Assembly (NCBI GenBank): GCA_963777285.1
Contig: CAVZPR010000002.1
Coordinates: 1,101,972 to 1,165,971, forward strand
Direction of reading: 5' to 3'
DNA length: 64,000 bases
Source: Candidatus Dormiibacterota bacterium
GTDB lineage: Bacteria; Chloroflexota; Dormibacteria; Aeolococcales; Aeolococcaceae
Shown: positions 1 through 8,748 of the stretch, piece after piece
Numbering within the stretch: position 1 is the stretch's first letter
How the letters are laid out: every line of letters begins with the position of its first letter
Position numbers and translations under genes: made by a program
Notes under the pieces: generated by a model
Told to the model about the DNA's origin: nothing
The model's input: the letters and a program-made list of their open reading frames with translations, nothing else
Database searches by the model: none

Positions 1-1
1 G

Positions 2-580
2 GTTGTCGAAGACGGTGCCGAGCTGCACCTCGACCGCGACCGTGGCGACGGCAAGCCGTGGCACTTGCTGACGTCCGCGGTGTCGACCATCCCATCCATC
101 AGATCCGACGCCGACCTGCACCACATGACGATGTTCGACCTGGTTCGGCACGCGCTCCGGTTCCAACCCGACCGCTTGATTCTTGGAGAGTCGCGCGGCG
201 AGGAGATGGCGGCCGTGTGCAAGGCCTTGATGACCGGGCATGACGGGTCGATGACCACGATCCACGCGGAGGACGCCGAACTCGCCATCGATCAAGCAGC
301 GCAGTACGTGATGGAAAACCCTCGCTACGCGGGAAACGACCGTCTCGCGCGTCGCATCGTGGAACAAGCCGTGCATGTCGTGCTCCACCTGGCGAACCAG
401 GACGGGCGACGCCGCGTCACAGGGGTGCTTGCGGTGGAGCGTGGCGGCAATCACAAGTGGGTCTACAGGCAGACCGACTCCGGTGGGCTGGAACGAATGA
501 CCGACCTGATTGGCAACCTCGGCCGGCTGGCTCCACGCGTACGTCCACATCTACAAGGCGACGAGGTGCCCGAGCCGTGA
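2..580 (+). CDS. CpaF/TadA/VirB11-class secretion ATPase, C-terminal part (5' end lies outside the window)
   Basis: The frame is open from the window edge. The translation ..RFQPDRLILGESRGEEMAAVCKALMTGHDGSMTTIHAEDAE.. is the Walker-B/His-box core of type II/IV secretion NTPases. The stop TGA 578-580 shares a base with the next ATG. Confidence 0.85.
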   Translation, partial: VVEDGAELHLDRDRGDGKPWHLLTSAVSTIPSIRSDADLHHMTMFDLVRHALRFQPDRLILGESRGEEMAAVCKALMTGHDGSMTTIHAEDAELAIDQAAQYVMENPRYAGNDRLARRIVEQAVHVVLHLANQDGRRRVTGVLAVERGGNHKWVYRQTDSGGLERMTDLIGNLGRLAPRVRPHLQGDEVPEP

Positions 581-1497
581 TGACGGGTACCGTGGCTCCG
601 GAGCCGGTGATCGTCGTCTGCGGAATCGCACTTGCGGTGGCGGCGGCATGCGCAGCGACCTTGGCGGCTGTCGGTGTCGACCTGCGGCCACGATTAGGCG
701 TCGACCGCCGTCTTGAGTTCGTGGAACGCGAAAAGGACCTCGCGGCAGGGCTCGGGTTGTCGTGGCGGCGATGGCTGGCGCTGCGGGTCGTCGCCCTGGC
801 TGCGTGCTTGGCCCTGGGCGCTTGGACCGGAGTGCCAAGCCTGACGCTCTTGCTTGCGCTCGTCGCGGTGTTCGGCCTTCGCTTTGCCGTTGCCGGAAGG
901 GCGGCACGGCGTCGGCTGCGAATGGAGCGGACCTTCATCGCGCAGCTTCGGGCGCTGCGCGACCGAATGGCGGTCGCCAACCAATCACTGGACACAGCTC
1001 TGCAAGAGATCGGCAGGAGTCCTCTGCACGGGCTCGAAAACGTCCTGGCACCGCTCGGCCGCGGGGGATCAACGCGACAGAACATCGTGGACTGCGGCGT
1101 GTGCTCTCGCTCCGCAATCGTCGAGCAGGCATGCGCCATCTTGCTTTGGGCGCGAACCCGCAGTGTCGACGCGCTGATCGACGCGCTGGACGAAGTGCTG
1201 CTTCCGGTCGGTGAGGCGCAACTCGCAGTTGAAGAGGAGACCCTGGTGACGCTGACGCAGCAACGCGCCGTCACATTCGCTATGGCCGGTCTGCTTCTCT
1301 TCATGTTCGTCACCATCGTGCGCGTTGACGCGTTCCGCAGCTACTACCAGACACCCGGCGGCACGGTCGTTCTGCTCGTTGCCGTCGGGCTGTTCTTCGC
1401 TCTGGTCTCGCTGCTGGGCCGAATTGTCCGTGTCACGCCCTGGACGCGATGGATTCTTGGCGACATGGCTGCGCAGGAGGCTGATCCCCGTGGCTGA
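580..1497 (+). CDS. TadB/GspF-like (T2SSF-type) polytopic platform protein
   Basis: ATG 580 overlaps the upstream stop, suggesting translational coupling. It has an N-terminal TM pair, a ~130-aa helical cytoplasmic region and a C-terminal TM bundle (FAMAGLLLFMFVTIV, TVVLLVAVGLFFALVSLLG). The call rests on architecture and position after the ATPase, not on a strict motif. Confidence 0.55.
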   Translation: MTGTVAPEPVIVVCGIALAVAAACAATLAAVGVDLRPRLGVDRRLEFVEREKDLAAGLGLSWRRWLALRVVALAACLALGAWTGVPSLTLLLALVAVFGLRFAVAGRAARRRLRMERTFIAQLRALRDRMAVANQSLDTALQEIGRSPLHGLENVLAPLGRGGSTRQNIVDCGVCSRSAIVEQACAILLWARTRSVDALIDALDEVLLPVGEAQLAVEEETLVTLTQQRAVTFAMAGLLLFMFVTIVRVDAFRSYYQTPGGTVVLLVAVGLFFALVSLLGRIVRVTPWTRWILGDMAAQEADPRG

Positions 1498-2389
1498 CGC
1501 CATTCCGTATCTGGCTCTTTCCGCGGCCGCGCTCACGGTCTGGATCCTTGGCCTGGCACGCCTCGACGTCTTCCGCGCCCCTGACGTGCGGGCTCTCGAG
1601 AGGCTGGCAGTGCTGCGTGGCTTCGCTGCCAGACGCGGACTTGTCGAGCGCACTCTCGAACGAGCGCCGGCGGCCGCCCGCCTCCGAACCGAGCTCGATC
1701 TGCAACGGCAGCTTGCCCTCGCGGGTCGCAGCGACACACCCATGGCCTTCGTCACAAAGGGGTTGACCATATCGTTGACAGTTGCGGCGTTGCTCTTTGG
1801 AGCGGACTCCGCCGGCCGGGCGATCGACGGTGCCTGGCCACTCCCGCCATGGCTTGCGATTGGCGCAGGCATGTGCTTTTTCCCCTTCACCCTGCTGGAG
1901 CTGCGCAGGGCCGGAGTGAGACGGCGCCAACAGGCGAGCAAGACGCTCGGAGACATGGTGATGCTGCTCGCCGTGATGACCGATGCTCGCGGCTTCCAGC
2001 TCGGTGACGCCATCCGCATACTCTCGCGATGCACGGTGGATCAGACCATCAGAGATCTGGTGGATCGTCATGGCTTCAGGAGCCTCGTCAAAGAGACCTA
2101 TCGGAGCACCGTGGAGCAGTATCGACTCATCGGTGCTGCGTTCGGCATCGAGGAATTCGAGAAGCTCGCGGATGCGGCCTCCACAGCCAATGTGGGCGTC
2201 GCTGAGCGTGACGTTTACACGCGGCTCGCTCTCGCCACATATACGAACCGATTGGCGGAAGCCCGCATGAGATCCGCCCGCGCCAAGGTGTTGGTGACGG
2301 TCCCGGTCGCGGGGATGCTCATCCCGCTGCTCCTGCTCATCGGGGCTCCGACCTTTGCGGCGATCGCGAATGGTGTTGGCGGAGGGTGA
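1490..2389 (+). CDS. TadC/GspF-like second platform protein
   Basis: In-frame GTG 1490 overlaps the upstream stop by 8 nt; the longest ORF starts at 1325 inside the previous gene. It has the same TM-cytoplasmic-TM layout and ends ..VPVAGMLIPLLLLIGAPTFAAIANG. Confidence 0.5.
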   Translation: MADAIPYLALSAAALTVWILGLARLDVFRAPDVRALERLAVLRGFAARRGLVERTLERAPAAARLRTELDLQRQLALAGRSDTPMAFVTKGLTISLTVAALLFGADSAGRAIDGAWPLPPWLAIGAGMCFFPFTLLELRRAGVRRRQQASKTLGDMVMLLAVMTDARGFQLGDAIRILSRCTVDQTIRDLVDRHGFRSLVKETYRSTVEQYRLIGAAFGIEEFEKLADAASTANVGVAERDVYTRLALATYTNRLAEARMRSARAKVLVTVPVAGMLIPLLLLIGAPTFAAIANGVGGG

Positions 2390-2390
2390 C

Positions 2391-2768
2391 GTGACCTGGA
2401 AGCGCGCGCTGAGCATCGGCGGATGTCTCTTGCTCGTCGCGGCCGCACTAGTCACGGTCGGTAGGCCCGACCTGGGCGCAGTTTCGCGATTCCTCGGTGG
2501 TGGCCTGACCATGGCAGACGCCGTTGCGGTGGCTCAGATTCTCTGCTGGGCAGCGCTCGTCATCGCCACCATCGCACTAGTCGCGAGCAGCGCCGGGCCG
2601 CGCCGAGTGTTCGGTCCAAGCCGGTCGCGGATCGTAGCTGCAGTCTGTCTGCTGAGCGGCCTCCTAGCCTTCGGCGCTGGCATGACACACCACTTGGCCA
2701 GCACCAGCGCGATCTGCTGCGGCGGCGGCCCCACGCACGTTCAGGAGGCTGAGCGCCTTGCGCGGTGA
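2391..2768 (+). CDS. hypothetical small membrane protein
   Basis: GTG 2391 lies directly after the upstream stop (ATG 2355 is an alternative). Hydrophobic runs are LSIGGCLLLVAAALVTV, ILCWAALVIATIALVASSA and IVAAVCLLSGLLAFGAG. No family recognised. Confidence 0.4.
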   Translation: MTWKRALSIGGCLLLVAAALVTVGRPDLGAVSRFLGGGLTMADAVAVAQILCWAALVIATIALVASSAGPRRVFGPSRSRIVAAVCLLSGLLAFGAGMTHHLASTSAICCGGGPTHVQEAERLAR

Positions 2769-4227
2769 GGCAGCCGAAGCGGGGGTCTTCGTCGTCCTGC
2801 TCGCTGACGACGGGGCTGCGCAAGCTGCCGGAGCAGCGCTGGGAGAGCTCGTGGATGGTGATCGTTCCTGGAACGTTGTGGTGCCACCCGTGCGTGGAGT
2901 CGGATTCTTCGCGGATCCGGACTCGCAGACCGAGCTCGATGCTTGGTGGGGCGCGAACGTAGCCAAACACGCATCACCGATGTACCTGCTCGAGGACGAC
3001 GACGGCCTGCCCAAGTGGTTGGAAGGCGTCGATGGCACCTTCGTGATCGGCGTCAACCCACAGAACGCAGAGCGATACAAGGAGAACACGCGGGTGCGGA
3101 CGGTACAGAGCGGAGATCCGCTCTCTCTGGCATATGCCGCGATGCAGGCGGTCCGGCCCCCGACGCCTGTGCGCTCAGAGCCACAACGTCGCCTCGAGGA
3201 CGCACACGATCTGACGGCCCCGTGCAGCACCCGAGACGATGCTATGCAATTCACTCATCCATTCGATGTGCTGGCAGCGGAGCTCGCCCCAGCCGGTGGC
3301 CTTGACGCAGCCACCCGCTCGGTGTCGACGCCAACTCTTCCGCCGGCTTCGGCCCAAGGTGACGATCGCGGGGTCCACTGGGCGAGGCTTGCAGGAGCGA
3401 GTCTCTTACGGGCGTCACGGCGCGAGAGAGTGCGTGGCGATGATCTGGCAGCAACGTTGTGCGAACGAGGGTCGACGATCGTCGCTGTCGGGTCACGCAA
3501 GGGCGGTGTGGGCAAGACGTCGCATGCGGCCGGTGTCGCCATCGCCGCAGGGGAGCTGCTCGATCGGGTGGGCCGTCGAGCCACCATCGTTGACGCGAAC
3601 CTGGCCAACCCAGACGCGTGGGGTCACATGAACTTGCCAGAAGGAGCGGCAACGGTGAGACAGGTCATCGCGGCGTTGATGGTGGGCCACGAACCGCCGC
3701 TACCGGTGCACGCAGCGACGCCGGCTCTCGCATGCTATCCGGAGTCGAGAGAGACGGCAGAATACTCGCGAACCGAGATCGAGCGATTCGCATCGTACAT
3801 CCGCGCCCGATACACATTCACTGTTGTCGACATGAGCAACCGCCTCCCCGACGCCACGGGAGGGCCCGAGGCGTCAGTCGCGGCTTACTGGCTGGAGCGG
3901 GCGGACGTTCTGCTGCTTCCAACAGCATCATCGAAACAGGAGTTCAATGGCGTTCTGGACTTCCTCGACATTCAGGAACTTCCTCCGACGGTCGTCGCCT
4001 ATTTGACGCCCCGTAGCCGCCGAAATCGTGAACACCCATTGACGCGCCGATATCTGGAAGCGATCAGCTCTCGGGTGGAGGCGGTCGTGTCTCTACCTGA
4101 TGAATCGGAGCGCGTGAGGTACGCCGTCATGGAAGGCATCCCAGCGCAGGACGTATCATCGTCGCTCCGGTCGGCGTATCGCCGGCTGACAGCAAGCCTG
4201 ATCGCAGCCGCAGCCAGGCGGCCATGA
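2758..4227 (+). CDS. CpaE/TadZ-like ParA/MinD-family ATPase with ~230-aa N-terminal extension
   Basis: TTG 2758 is preceded by AGGAGG (2743-2748). It has a deviant Walker A IVAVGSRKGGVGKTSHAAG and a Walker-B-like FTVVDMSN. The N-terminal region is unassigned. Confidence 0.7.
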   Translation: MRGEAAEAGVFVVLLADDGAAQAAGAALGELVDGDRSWNVVVPPVRGVGFFADPDSQTELDAWWGANVAKHASPMYLLEDDDGLPKWLEGVDGTFVIGVNPQNAERYKENTRVRTVQSGDPLSLAYAAMQAVRPPTPVRSEPQRRLEDAHDLTAPCSTRDDAMQFTHPFDVLAAELAPAGGLDAATRSVSTPTLPPASAQGDDRGVHWARLAGASLLRASRRERVRGDDLAATLCERGSTIVAVGSRKGGVGKTSHAAGVAIAAGELLDRVGRRATIVDANLANPDAWGHMNLPEGAATVRQVIAALMVGHEPPLPVHAATPALACYPESRETAEYSRTEIERFASYIRARYTFTVVDMSNRLPDATGGPEASVAAYWLERADVLLLPTASSKQEFNGVLDFLDIQELPPTVVAYLTPRSRRNREHPLTRRYLEAISSRVEAVVSLPDESERVRYAVMEGIPAQDVSSSLRSAYRRLTASLIAAAARRP

Positions 4228-4258
4228 GTCGCCGGGTTCGGGGCGCTCGGTCTGAGTC

Positions 4259-4672
4259 ATGACCGGAGCCCGGTCGACGAGGGATCTAGAGGCGCGGCTG
4301 TCATTTCTGACCTGCGCTGTTCAAGCGTTCACTGTGGCTCTGGCACTGTTACTCGCTGGCCACGATCCGGACTTCGGACACGGCGTGACATTGCGGGTGC
4401 GCAGTCGAATGCGTACCGCTGCGCTGACATATCTGCGCGGCAGGGGGCGGCTGCGTCCCGACTTCGGCTCGTATGGTGATCTGCGGATCGAAGGTGAGCT
4501 GCTGGTTGCCGGATCGCCCGTAAGGGCGCTCCTGGAATTCGAGGACCGCTCGATGCTGGAAACGTTGGACGGTGAGCTGCAGCCGCTCAGTCCGCGGCGT
4601 ATTCGCATCGATCTTCGATTCCGAGGTCAGCCCGCCCAGGTCGTCGACTGCGCACTCCAGGTGGTAGGTTGA
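4259..4672 (+). CDS. hypothetical protein with N-terminal hydrophobic segment
   Basis: Co-directional ORF whose stop overlaps the next start (TTGA, 4669-4672). It has LSFLTCAVQAFTVALALLLAG near the N-terminus. No motif recognised. Confidence 0.4.
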   Translation: MTGARSTRDLEARLSFLTCAVQAFTVALALLLAGHDPDFGHGVTLRVRSRMRTAALTYLRGRGRLRPDFGSYGDLRIEGELLVAGSPVRALLEFEDRSMLETLDGELQPLSPRRIRIDLRFRGQPAQVVDCALQVVG

Positions 4673-5298
4673 CAGCGGTCGTACGCGCTCGAGCAGCTGG
4701 CGGAGTCGCGCTGAGCGCTTCATCCATCGACCGCAACCCGCAGAACATCCCCTTGCCGGTTGGCGGCTTCAGGACCGTGCACTCGCACCCGAATCCTGTG
4801 GCGCGCTGGTGGCGCCGTCATCAGATGCCAGCGCTGGCCGGCGCAGCCGGCACATTGGCCGCGCTCGGTGTCGTCCTGGCGCTCACGAAGCCATCGACGA
4901 TTGTCGATTTCGATGGAAGCGGGATAAGCATCGCGGGCTCCCATCTGGTGCTGGATGCGCGTGCCTCCTCGGCGGGCACGCGAGTTTTCGATGGAGACGC
5001 AGCCTATGTGCTCACGGTCCGCTCATCCGCACAGATGAAGGCCGCTGCCGTCGCCGTAGTGAACGGCGCGCCTGCGACCGGGGTCTGCCTGCTCACCACG
5101 AACGCGGGCGGCGCTCAGGAATCGTGCCGCTTCACGCTAGGTGCTGCCCTGACGCTGCAATCGCACGACGTTTACATCGCGCACGCCAGGGTGTGGGAGC
5201 GAACGTATTCAGACGGTGCACACGCGACATTCGCGGTGCCAAGTGGTGGCGCTCCCGTCCCGATCCCCCTTCCGCTCGACCACTCCGGATCGGGATAG
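4669..5298 (+). CDS. hypothetical membrane-anchored protein
   Basis: TTG 4669 overlaps the upstream stop; ATG 4825 (MPALAG..) is an alternative start. It has a single TM AGAAGTLAALGVVLALT followed by a ~150-aa Ala/Gly/Val-rich domain. No motif recognised. Confidence 0.4.
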   Translation: MTAVVRARAAGGVALSASSIDRNPQNIPLPVGGFRTVHSHPNPVARWWRRHQMPALAGAAGTLAALGVVLALTKPSTIVDFDGSGISIAGSHLVLDARASSAGTRVFDGDAAYVLTVRSSAQMKAAAVAVVNGAPATGVCLLTTNAGGAQESCRFTLGAALTLQSHDVYIAHARVWERTYSDGAHATFAVPSGGAPVPIPLPLDHSGSG

Positions 5299-5341
5299 GT
5301 CGTCCGCACCGCGTCTTGCAACGCCCTCTAGGCTGGTCCCC

Positions 5342-7178
5342 GTGCTGGTCGGGCGCGGACCTGGAGACCCGGCGAGACGCACCGGCTTCACCACGATCGC
5401 AGCGCTGGTGCTTCTCTGGTTGACCGGCTGGGGTAGCCTCACCATCGCTGCTCGCGTTGCCGGCTCAGTTCCTCGCGTCTCGCCGCTCTCGTTCATCGAT
5501 CCAGTGGCATTCGTACGACGAATCCGAGCCATGATCGGGATCGAGCCCTGGCGCTTGGTGGAGGCCGCCGGTCGGGTCGACGTGGTCGCTTTCTGGTGCA
5601 GCCTCGTCGCAGTCGGCGTCGCCAGTTTGACGTGCGCTGGTTTGATCTACTGGCGAGGTTCAGGCCTGCTCAACCACACACCACGGCACATCGGCCGCGT
5701 GCGCCACCCAGACAGCCATGGTGGCTGGTCGCGTTTGCGAGACCTCCGGCCGCTGCTGGCTCTGCACGCGCCCCCAGGACGCTTCGTCCTGGGGAGTCGT
5801 GGCCCGATGCTCGTCGTTACGCAACCGGAAACAAGCGTTCTCGTGGTAGGTCCTACGCGCTCGGGGAAGACGACGAGCCTGGTGACTCCCAACCTCCTCG
5901 CCTGGCGCGGACCAGCGATTGTCACCAGCACGAAGGGGGACGTGATCGAAGCGACGGCAGGCCATCGTCAGAGCGTTGGGCCCGTGCACGTTTACGATCC
6001 GACGAGGGAGCTCGGTGCCGCGTACCCGTCGGTATCGTGGTCACCACTTGCTGGCTGCGAGGACCTCGATCACGCCTGGCGCGTGGCGGCGTGGTTGTGC
6101 GCCGGCCTGCAACCGAGCGGCACTCGCGGTGACAACGACTGGGCCCACTGGGCGGCCTCTGGAAAGCTTTTGGTGGCGCCACTCATGCATGCTGCCGCGA
6201 TCTCGCGGCTGTCGGTTGTCGACGTCCGCACCTGGATCCAAGGATTCGACCTCAGCACGCCTTCCTCGATCCTTGAAGACGTTGGTCCGGCCGAGCCGGC
6301 TCAGGCGCGTGACGACGCGCGACGCGCCCTGGTCATGCTGCGGGCAATCGACGACCGGCCTGAGCGCGAGCGGGCCACGGTCTTTTCAACTGTCATGCGC
6401 ACCTTCAGCGTGTACAACGAGCGCTCCGTAGAGGCCTCAGCGCGAGGCAGCCGGATCGTGGCGCATGACCTCCTGCGCCGCAACGGCACACTCTACCTTT
6501 GCACGCCGCGTCAATCACCGGAGCGGGTCTCATCGTTGTTCGTTGGACTACTCATGACGGTGGTGACCGCTGCGTACGAGATGGCCGAACTCGTCTCCGC
6601 AGGGGCGGCTCGATCCTGAACTCGGCCTCTTTCTCGACGAGATTGCGAACGTTGTCGCCGTCGACGAACTCCCAGGGATCGCCTCGCAGGGTGCGGGCCG
6701 TGGCGTTCTGCTGGTCAGCGTCTGTCAGGACTTCAGCCAGCTCCGAGCGCGCTATGGAATCGACAAGGCGTACTCGCTGCTGAACAACCACACCTGCAAG
6801 GTTGTGCTTCCAGGCCTCGGTGACCCCGAAACGGCTGAGACGCTTGCCAAGTTATCCGGCCAGCGTGCCCATATCGACGTGCAGGTGAGTCGCGGTGCAG
6901 ATGGGAGCATAAGCAAGTCATACGGGCGAAGGATCGAGACGACCGCGTCCGCGCACGCGATCCGCCAGCTTGCGCCCGGGACCGCCCTGATCCTCTATCG
7001 GGGGATGCGGCCAGCCATGGTGCATCTCCGCCCCTGGTATCGGAACAGAGCGCTCCGGCGAAAGGCCCGGCTCCCCTTCGTGCGCAATGCAGAGCAGGTA
7101 AGCTGCGGCGATCCGGCTTTTAGCCCTGACTCAGGGCGAGCATCTCGTCGGCGAGCTCGTCGAGCGTGGACTGCATGA
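5342..7178 (+). pseudogene. VirD4/TraG-type type IV coupling protein, interrupted by a frameshift
   Basis: It has two N-terminal TM segments and a Walker A VVGPTRSGKTTS. The upstream frame stops at 6619, while the +1 frame continues ..GRLDPELGLFLDEIANVVAVDELPGIASQGAGRGVLLVSVCQDFSQLRARYG..LPGLGDPETAETLAKLSGQ.., which are coupling-protein Walker-B and C-terminal motifs. The break is near 6596-6612 (GGGG run 6602-6605). The start is uncertain: GTG 5342, or 5216 for the longest ORF. Confidence 0.75.
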
Positions 7179-8136
7179 CACCGCGAATCGGGGTCGCTCG
7201 AACCTCCGCCACGACTGCGTCAAGCGAAGAGTTGTTCGCCGCCGCGTCCTCGAGGAGAATCTCAAGTCGCAGTGATGACTGATGCAGGCGTTCCTGCACC
7301 AGGCGCTTCAACTCCGGCAACAGACGTGCCACGGTCGCGTCGCTGGCGGTGCCGGCTCCTGCTCGCACTAACTCGGGGGATGAGGGGTATTGCGCGACGC
7401 CGAACACGTGGGTGATCTCCGTTTCGTCTTCGGTTGCGATCGTCGGAGGGGACTCAACGTGAGCAGAAGCGGGAGGCGGAACCTCGTGAGCTGAGCTGCG
7501 TGCGGTGTCATGCAGCACACGGATCGTGCCCGATCCGGCCGCCGCGAGTTCGTCGACCAACGAGGGATCACCGAGCTGACGATGCTCGTCCGTGTATGTG
7601 GCCACCTGCGCCCCGTCGCGAATGCTGGTGACCCCCCTGCCCGCGGGTGTCGTGATCTCGACGACATACGTGCCGGGACGCGAGCGCAGGTCGGCGAGGA
7701 GCCGGTTCCAGATGATCCAGTCGAGGCGCAGATCTGCATACAGCGGATCGCCACGCACCAGGGGGGGCAGTGCACCCACGACGCTTGCGGCCAAACGCCA
7801 AGCCGAAACGACCGCGTCATCCCAGGCCCGGATGCGTGCTGACGCCTCCTCTGCGGCTGCGCGCCTGTCCGGCTCCACCGCGTACGTCTCGCTGATCGTG
7901 CCCTCTCGCACCAGCAGCACCCCCACGCTGGGGGAGCGGCGCACCACGATGAGCCCATCGCCGATCGCCGGGGCCAGTTCGTCGAGGATCAGGGCGCGCG
8001 CCGGGAGATCCTCAAAAACAGTGTCCCCCCGAGGCAGCAAGGGGATGACGTCAGGGGCGGCGCCGGGCGGGTGGGGCGAGAACGGGGATGTGCTCGGGTC
8101 TGCGCTCACTGGCCGCGTATCGTAACCGGCAGGCAC
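7120..8136 (-). CDS. hypothetical protein with two tandem DUF4388/PATAN-like modules (tentative)
   Basis: 338-aa ORF convergent with the coupling-protein gene, overlapping it by 59 nt. It has an internal repeat: GDTVFEDLPARALILDELAPAIGDGLIVVRRSPSVGVLLVREGTI versus GDPLYADLRLDWIIWNRLLADLRSRPGTYVVEITTPAGRGVTSIRDGAQV. The family label is an inference. Confidence 0.5.
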   Translation of the reverse strand: MPAGYDTRPVSADPSTSPFSPHPPGAAPDVIPLLPRGDTVFEDLPARALILDELAPAIGDGLIVVRRSPSVGVLLVREGTISETYAVEPDRRAAAEEASARIRAWDDAVVSAWRLAASVVGALPPLVRGDPLYADLRLDWIIWNRLLADLRSRPGTYVVEITTPAGRGVTSIRDGAQVATYTDEHRQLGDPSLVDELAAAGSGTIRVLHDTARSSAHEVPPPASAHVESPPTIATEDETEITHVFGVAQYPSSPELVRAGAGTASDATVARLLPELKRLVQERLHQSSLRLEILLEDAAANNSSLDAVVAEVRATPIRGVMQSTLDELADEMLALSQG

Positions 8137-8162
8137 GCCGGGTGCGAGGACCGCCGCACCTC

Positions 8163-8738
8163 ATGGAGGCAGAGGACCTGCAGCGTCTGACCGAATGGGC
8201 CCGATGGGAGTTCTCGAGGAGGATCGCGCTGTCCCCGGGGATCAAGCTCATCGTCCTTGACCGCACCGTCAAGGCCGTGGTCCTCGGTTTCGGGGGCATC
8301 GTGCTGCTGATCGGTGTGCGCTCGGGATTCATCGCGACTCTCGCCATGCAGGTGCAGCGGCAGCTCAATCTCAGCCCCGGGAGTCACCTCTGGCTGCGCC
8401 TGGTCAATGACGTCATGCAGCGGTTCGGGTCGCTATCCGGGCTGGCCCAGGTTTCGCTGGCGGTCGCTGCGATCCTGTATGGCGTGCTAGAGGCTGTTGA
8501 AGCGATCGGTCTGCTACGCCGGCGGCGCTGGGCCGAGTATCTGGTGCTGTTGGCGACGGCCGCGTTCATCCCTCTCGAAATCGATGAGCTGGCGCGACAT
8601 CCCACGGTCTTCAAGGGCGCAGCGTTCGGCATCAACGTCGCGATTGTCGCCTACCTCATCTGGCGCAAGCGCCTCTTCCTCGACAGACCGCCCGCGTCGG
8701 CGCCGCGTTCAGCAACCGTCCCAGCATCGACCGCGTGA
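8163..8738 (+). CDS. DUF2127-type membrane protein
   Basis: ATG 8163 avoids overlap with the divergent gene (the longest ORF starts at 8088). Translation includes ..IKLIVLDRTVKAVVLGFGGIVLLIG.. and ..EAVEAIGLLRRRRWAEYLVLLATAAFIPLEIDEL.., typical of this family. Confidence 0.6.
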   Translation: MEAEDLQRLTEWARWEFSRRIALSPGIKLIVLDRTVKAVVLGFGGIVLLIGVRSGFIATLAMQVQRQLNLSPGSHLWLRLVNDVMQRFGSLSGLAQVSLAVAAILYGVLEAVEAIGLLRRRRWAEYLVLLATAAFIPLEIDELARHPTVFKGAAFGINVAIVAYLIWRKRLFLDRPPASAPRSATVPASTA

Positions 8739-8748
8739 GGCAGGCCGC

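Noticed and set aside
417-2034. Long minus-strand ORFs (417-1316, 1069-2034, 1433-2512) antisense to the TadB/TadC-like genes
   Set aside because: They are Arg/Ser/Ala/Pro-rich low-complexity translations with no motifs. This is the typical stop-codon-poor antisense reading of GC-rich coding DNA, and the plus-strand frames carry the recognisable architecture.
6596-6612. Programmed +1 ribosomal frameshift in the coupling-protein gene
   Set aside because: No recognisable slippery or hungry-codon context or downstream stimulator is present. A simple G-run indel explains the break.
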